NCBI GenBank assembly: GCA_035295865.1
Contig: DATGIH010000526.1
Span: 14,066 to 78,065 of the forward strand
DNA from: Bryobacteraceae bacterium
GTDB lineage: Bacteria > Acidobacteriota > Terriglobia > Bryobacterales > Bryobacteraceae
DNA length: 64,000 nt
Direction: 5' to 3'
Below, one piece after another: positions 62,193-64,000 of this stretch (position 1 is its first letter; the number at the start of each line of letters is the position of its first letter). Both the position numbers and the translations under genes were made by a program. Below the pieces are notes generated by a model. That model worked only from the letters and a program-made list of their open reading frames with translations, was not told where the DNA came from and searched no databases.

Positions 62193-63754
62193 TCAGGTGC
62201 CGGCTCCAACAGAACGCGGTGATGCGGATAATCGAACGTGACCACGAATCGCCGCAGGATTTCTCCGCCTGCCAACGCACCGATATCGGGACTTGCGAGC
62301 GCTCCTTCCTTCGCGCCGGGCGCGAGGCCAGCGTTGAGATCGCGCAATACATACGGCCCGAGCTGAAGCTCCGCAATGACAATGCCGACGCGTTTCGTTT
62401 CGCCTGCAGTGCCGAGAATAGAGCCCGCACCGTTCGTGGATGTTAATGCGTTTGCCGCGGCGAATGAGTTCGACAGCATGAGGCCGCCCGCACCGGTATC
62501 GAGGAAGCACTTCGTTTCGATGGGACTCCCGCTGGGCAGAACGATCTTGACCGGGACGAGCGGCCAGTTTCCGAGAAAACTCAAAGGGAGGGAAGCCGCG
62601 GGTTTTTGCGGATCGAAGAACGCAGGATCCGCGAACGTGACTTGCTTACGCTGGTAATCGACGCGCACCACCAATCGGCTGAAGACGTCGTAACCCAGCA
62701 GGCCATTCCATTCGCGGCCGAGTGACGGCAATGCCGCCGCGGAGTCCAACACTGTTACGCTCGGCAAAGGAAAATCGAGGTTCGGCAAACCGAGGACCAC
62801 GTTTTTCGCGATCGCAAGACTGGTGGCGCCGTTCGCGCCGACGGCCCGCATGGCGCCATTCGACGCCAATTGAATCTTCTGCGCGAATTCTTTGGTGACG
62901 ACCGAGCTTCCTGCCCCGCTATCCAGGAAAAACCAACCCATCTCGCCATTGACGCGCACCGGAAGAAAGATATGCTCGCCGTAAACCTCCACGGGAACCG
63001 TAGTTTGATGCGCGCCGTTCGCGAACCGAAACTGCGCCGCCGCCTCGGCTGGCCTTGTGAACAAATTCGCCGCGAGCGTTGGATTAGTGTCTACGCGCTC
63101 GACCGTTGTAGTGATATCGAACTTCGCATCTCCGGACGATTGCACGGTGCGCGCGGGAAACTTGATCCCGTCCGAATCGAGCCAGTCCACGATTGTGAGC
63201 GTGCGTTTGTTGCCGAGCGGTCCCATTGTTTCTTCGCGCTTCGGCAGCAAGGTGTTTTCGTCAAGGAAAACCGTCACCGGATTTCCTCCCGCCGGTTCGA
63301 GCCGAATCACATAAGCGAATTGCGCCGCATCCCGGCCGATAAAAACAATCTCGCCTGCCAGCCGTCCCGCAAAAAAGAAGGACTCGCTCGCCTCATAAGC
63401 GCTCGAAATCGCGCTCCGCAGATTGCCGCCGGACAAGTCGTGCACCGATCCGCTCGCATCCATCGCCCAGCCTTGCTTGCCGTCGAAGATGTTCTCCTGG
63501 TGAATGGCGCCGCCCAGATCGATGGTCATGTGAAATTCGCCGCGCCACGTACTCCAACGCTCGAACGTGCCTTTTACGCCGCCGGTTTCGATGGTTCCTT
63601 GCGTGTGAACCGCGCGCAGCTTTTGGAGTTTTTCGCGCCCGCCGAGCGCGGCAGCCCAATGATCGAGCAGTTGTTCTTTGGTGAGATCGGCGCCGGAACT
63701 CTGCGCCATGAAGCCCAGTAAGCACGAAGCCGCGCAGAATACCCCGTTTCGCAT
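62189..63754 (-). CDS. Secreted protein with two retropepsin-like aspartic protease domains
   Basis: Signal peptide. Two catalytic-type motifs, FFLDSGAGSSVV and FLDTGAGGLML, lie about 130 aa apart after a ~230-aa N-terminal domain. Confidence 0.7.
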   Translation of the reverse strand: MRNGVFCAASCLLGFMAQSSGADLTKEQLLDHWAAALGGREKLQKLRAVHTQGTIETGGVKGTFERWSTWRGEFHMTIDLGGAIHQENIFDGKQGWAMDASGSVHDLSGGNLRSAISSAYEASESFFFAGRLAGEIVFIGRDAAQFAYVIRLEPAGGNPVTVFLDENTLLPKREETMGPLGNKRTLTIVDWLDSDGIKFPARTVQSSGDAKFDITTTVERVDTNPTLAANLFTRPAEAAAQFRFANGAHQTTVPVEVYGEHIFLPVRVNGEMGWFFLDSGAGSSVVTKEFAQKIQLASNGAMRAVGANGATSLAIAKNVVLGLPNLDFPLPSVTVLDSAAALPSLGREWNGLLGYDVFSRLVVRVDYQRKQVTFADPAFFDPQKPAASLPLSFLGNWPLVPVKIVLPSGSPIETKCFLDTGAGGLMLSNSFAAANALTSTNGAGSILGTAGETKRVGIVIAELQLGPYVLRDLNAGLAPGAKEGALASPDIGALAGGEILRRFVVTFDYPHHRVLLEPAPE

Positions 63755-63788
63755 CTTTCTTCACGTATATCACGTGTTAGAATCCTTC

Positions 63789-64000
63789 ATGGCCGATCCA
63801 TCCATCACGCGCAGACAGGCCGGTCAGATCCTTGGCGCGGCCGCCGCAACACCGCTTCTCGCTGGGGAAACGCCGGACATCTGCTTTTTGAGCGCGGTGG
63901 ACATGGCTTCGCTGATCCGGCGCAAGAAGCTGAGTGCGCGCGAAGCGATGGACGCGCATCTAAAGCAAATTGATCGTTTGAATCCGAAAGTGAATGCGAT
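63789..64000 (+). CDS. Amidase family protein, 3' end cut by window edge
   Basis: The ATG at 63789 opens MADPSITRRQAGQILGAAAATPLLAG (Tat-like). Next comes LSAVDMASLIRRKKLSAREAMDAHLKQIDRLNPKVNA, the typical amidase-signature-family N-terminus. The frame stays open to the window end and is absent from the ORF track because there is no stop. Confidence 0.6.
   Translation, partial: MADPSITRRQAGQILGAAAATPLLAGETPDICFLSAVDMASLIRRKKLSAREAMDAHLKQIDRLNPKVNA

Noticed and set aside
62870-63721. 283-aa ORF antisense to the aspartic protease gene. Similar cases: 55691-56485, 57945-58685, 21182-21991, 18419-19300, 43572-44114, 7104-8033
   Set aside because: All are embedded opposite well-supported genes. 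They show the Arg-rich, motif-free composition expected from GC-rich antisense frames.
63777-63959. 60-aa minus-strand ORF from the track
   Set aside because: The + strand frame from the ATG at 63789 gives a Tat-like signal followed by a typical amidase N-terminus and stays open to the window edge. The minus ORF is Arg-rich with no features.

Overview
High-GC bacterial chromosomal segment with about 60 protein-coding genes. The gene content looks Acidobacteriota-like: an ADOP duplicated permease, a CarboxypepD_reg-type TonB-dependent receptor, PEP-CTERM and DUF4136 proteins. This taxonomic call is inference only. I recognised no rRNA, tRNA, CRISPR array, transposase or integrase.

Most of the window is housekeeping, often joined by 4-nt start/stop overlaps:
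- a CHASE2 histidine kinase with an NtrC-type regulator
- gap
- modBC-thiE
- phoH-ybeY-CNNM-era
- Trm112-GT9-msbA-yicC-gmk-rpoZ-coaBC-UDG-tmk
- gyrA

Four regions deserve a second look:
1. 49434-52040: an operon of three tandem paralogous phage-tail-collar (MdpB-like) proteins plus a GNAT and a 2OG-Fe(II) oxygenase. No other phage genes are nearby.
2. 52436-57581, divergent from (1): a ~1490-aa surface protein with three protease-less P-domain modules and a C-terminal dockerin. It is followed by a cohesin-like PEP-CTERM protein, which suggests a cohesin-dockerin anchoring pair.
3. 37971-44855: a translationally coupled cluster of SPFH/zinc-ribbon protein, SAM decarboxylase, two DUF4178 proteins, DUF350, a membrane spermidine synthase and a Tat-exported flavin amine-oxidase-like protein. 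Two copies of a ~70-nt long-stem hairpin element punctuate it.
4. 30121-32150: an AbiE-like two-gene module (wHTH protein plus minimal nucleotidyltransferase, ATGA-coupled). It is preceded by 3.5 tandem 19-bp units, each carrying the palindrome AACATGGCCATGTT.

Smaller observations:
- REP-like hairpin clusters
- a G-quadruplex-type heptamer tract after gyrA
- an A/T-rich single-gene island encoding an endonuclease-fold protein
- an orphan HisKA_3 kinase co-oriented with a KirBac-type K+ channel

All family assignments come from motifs read by eye, not from database searches.
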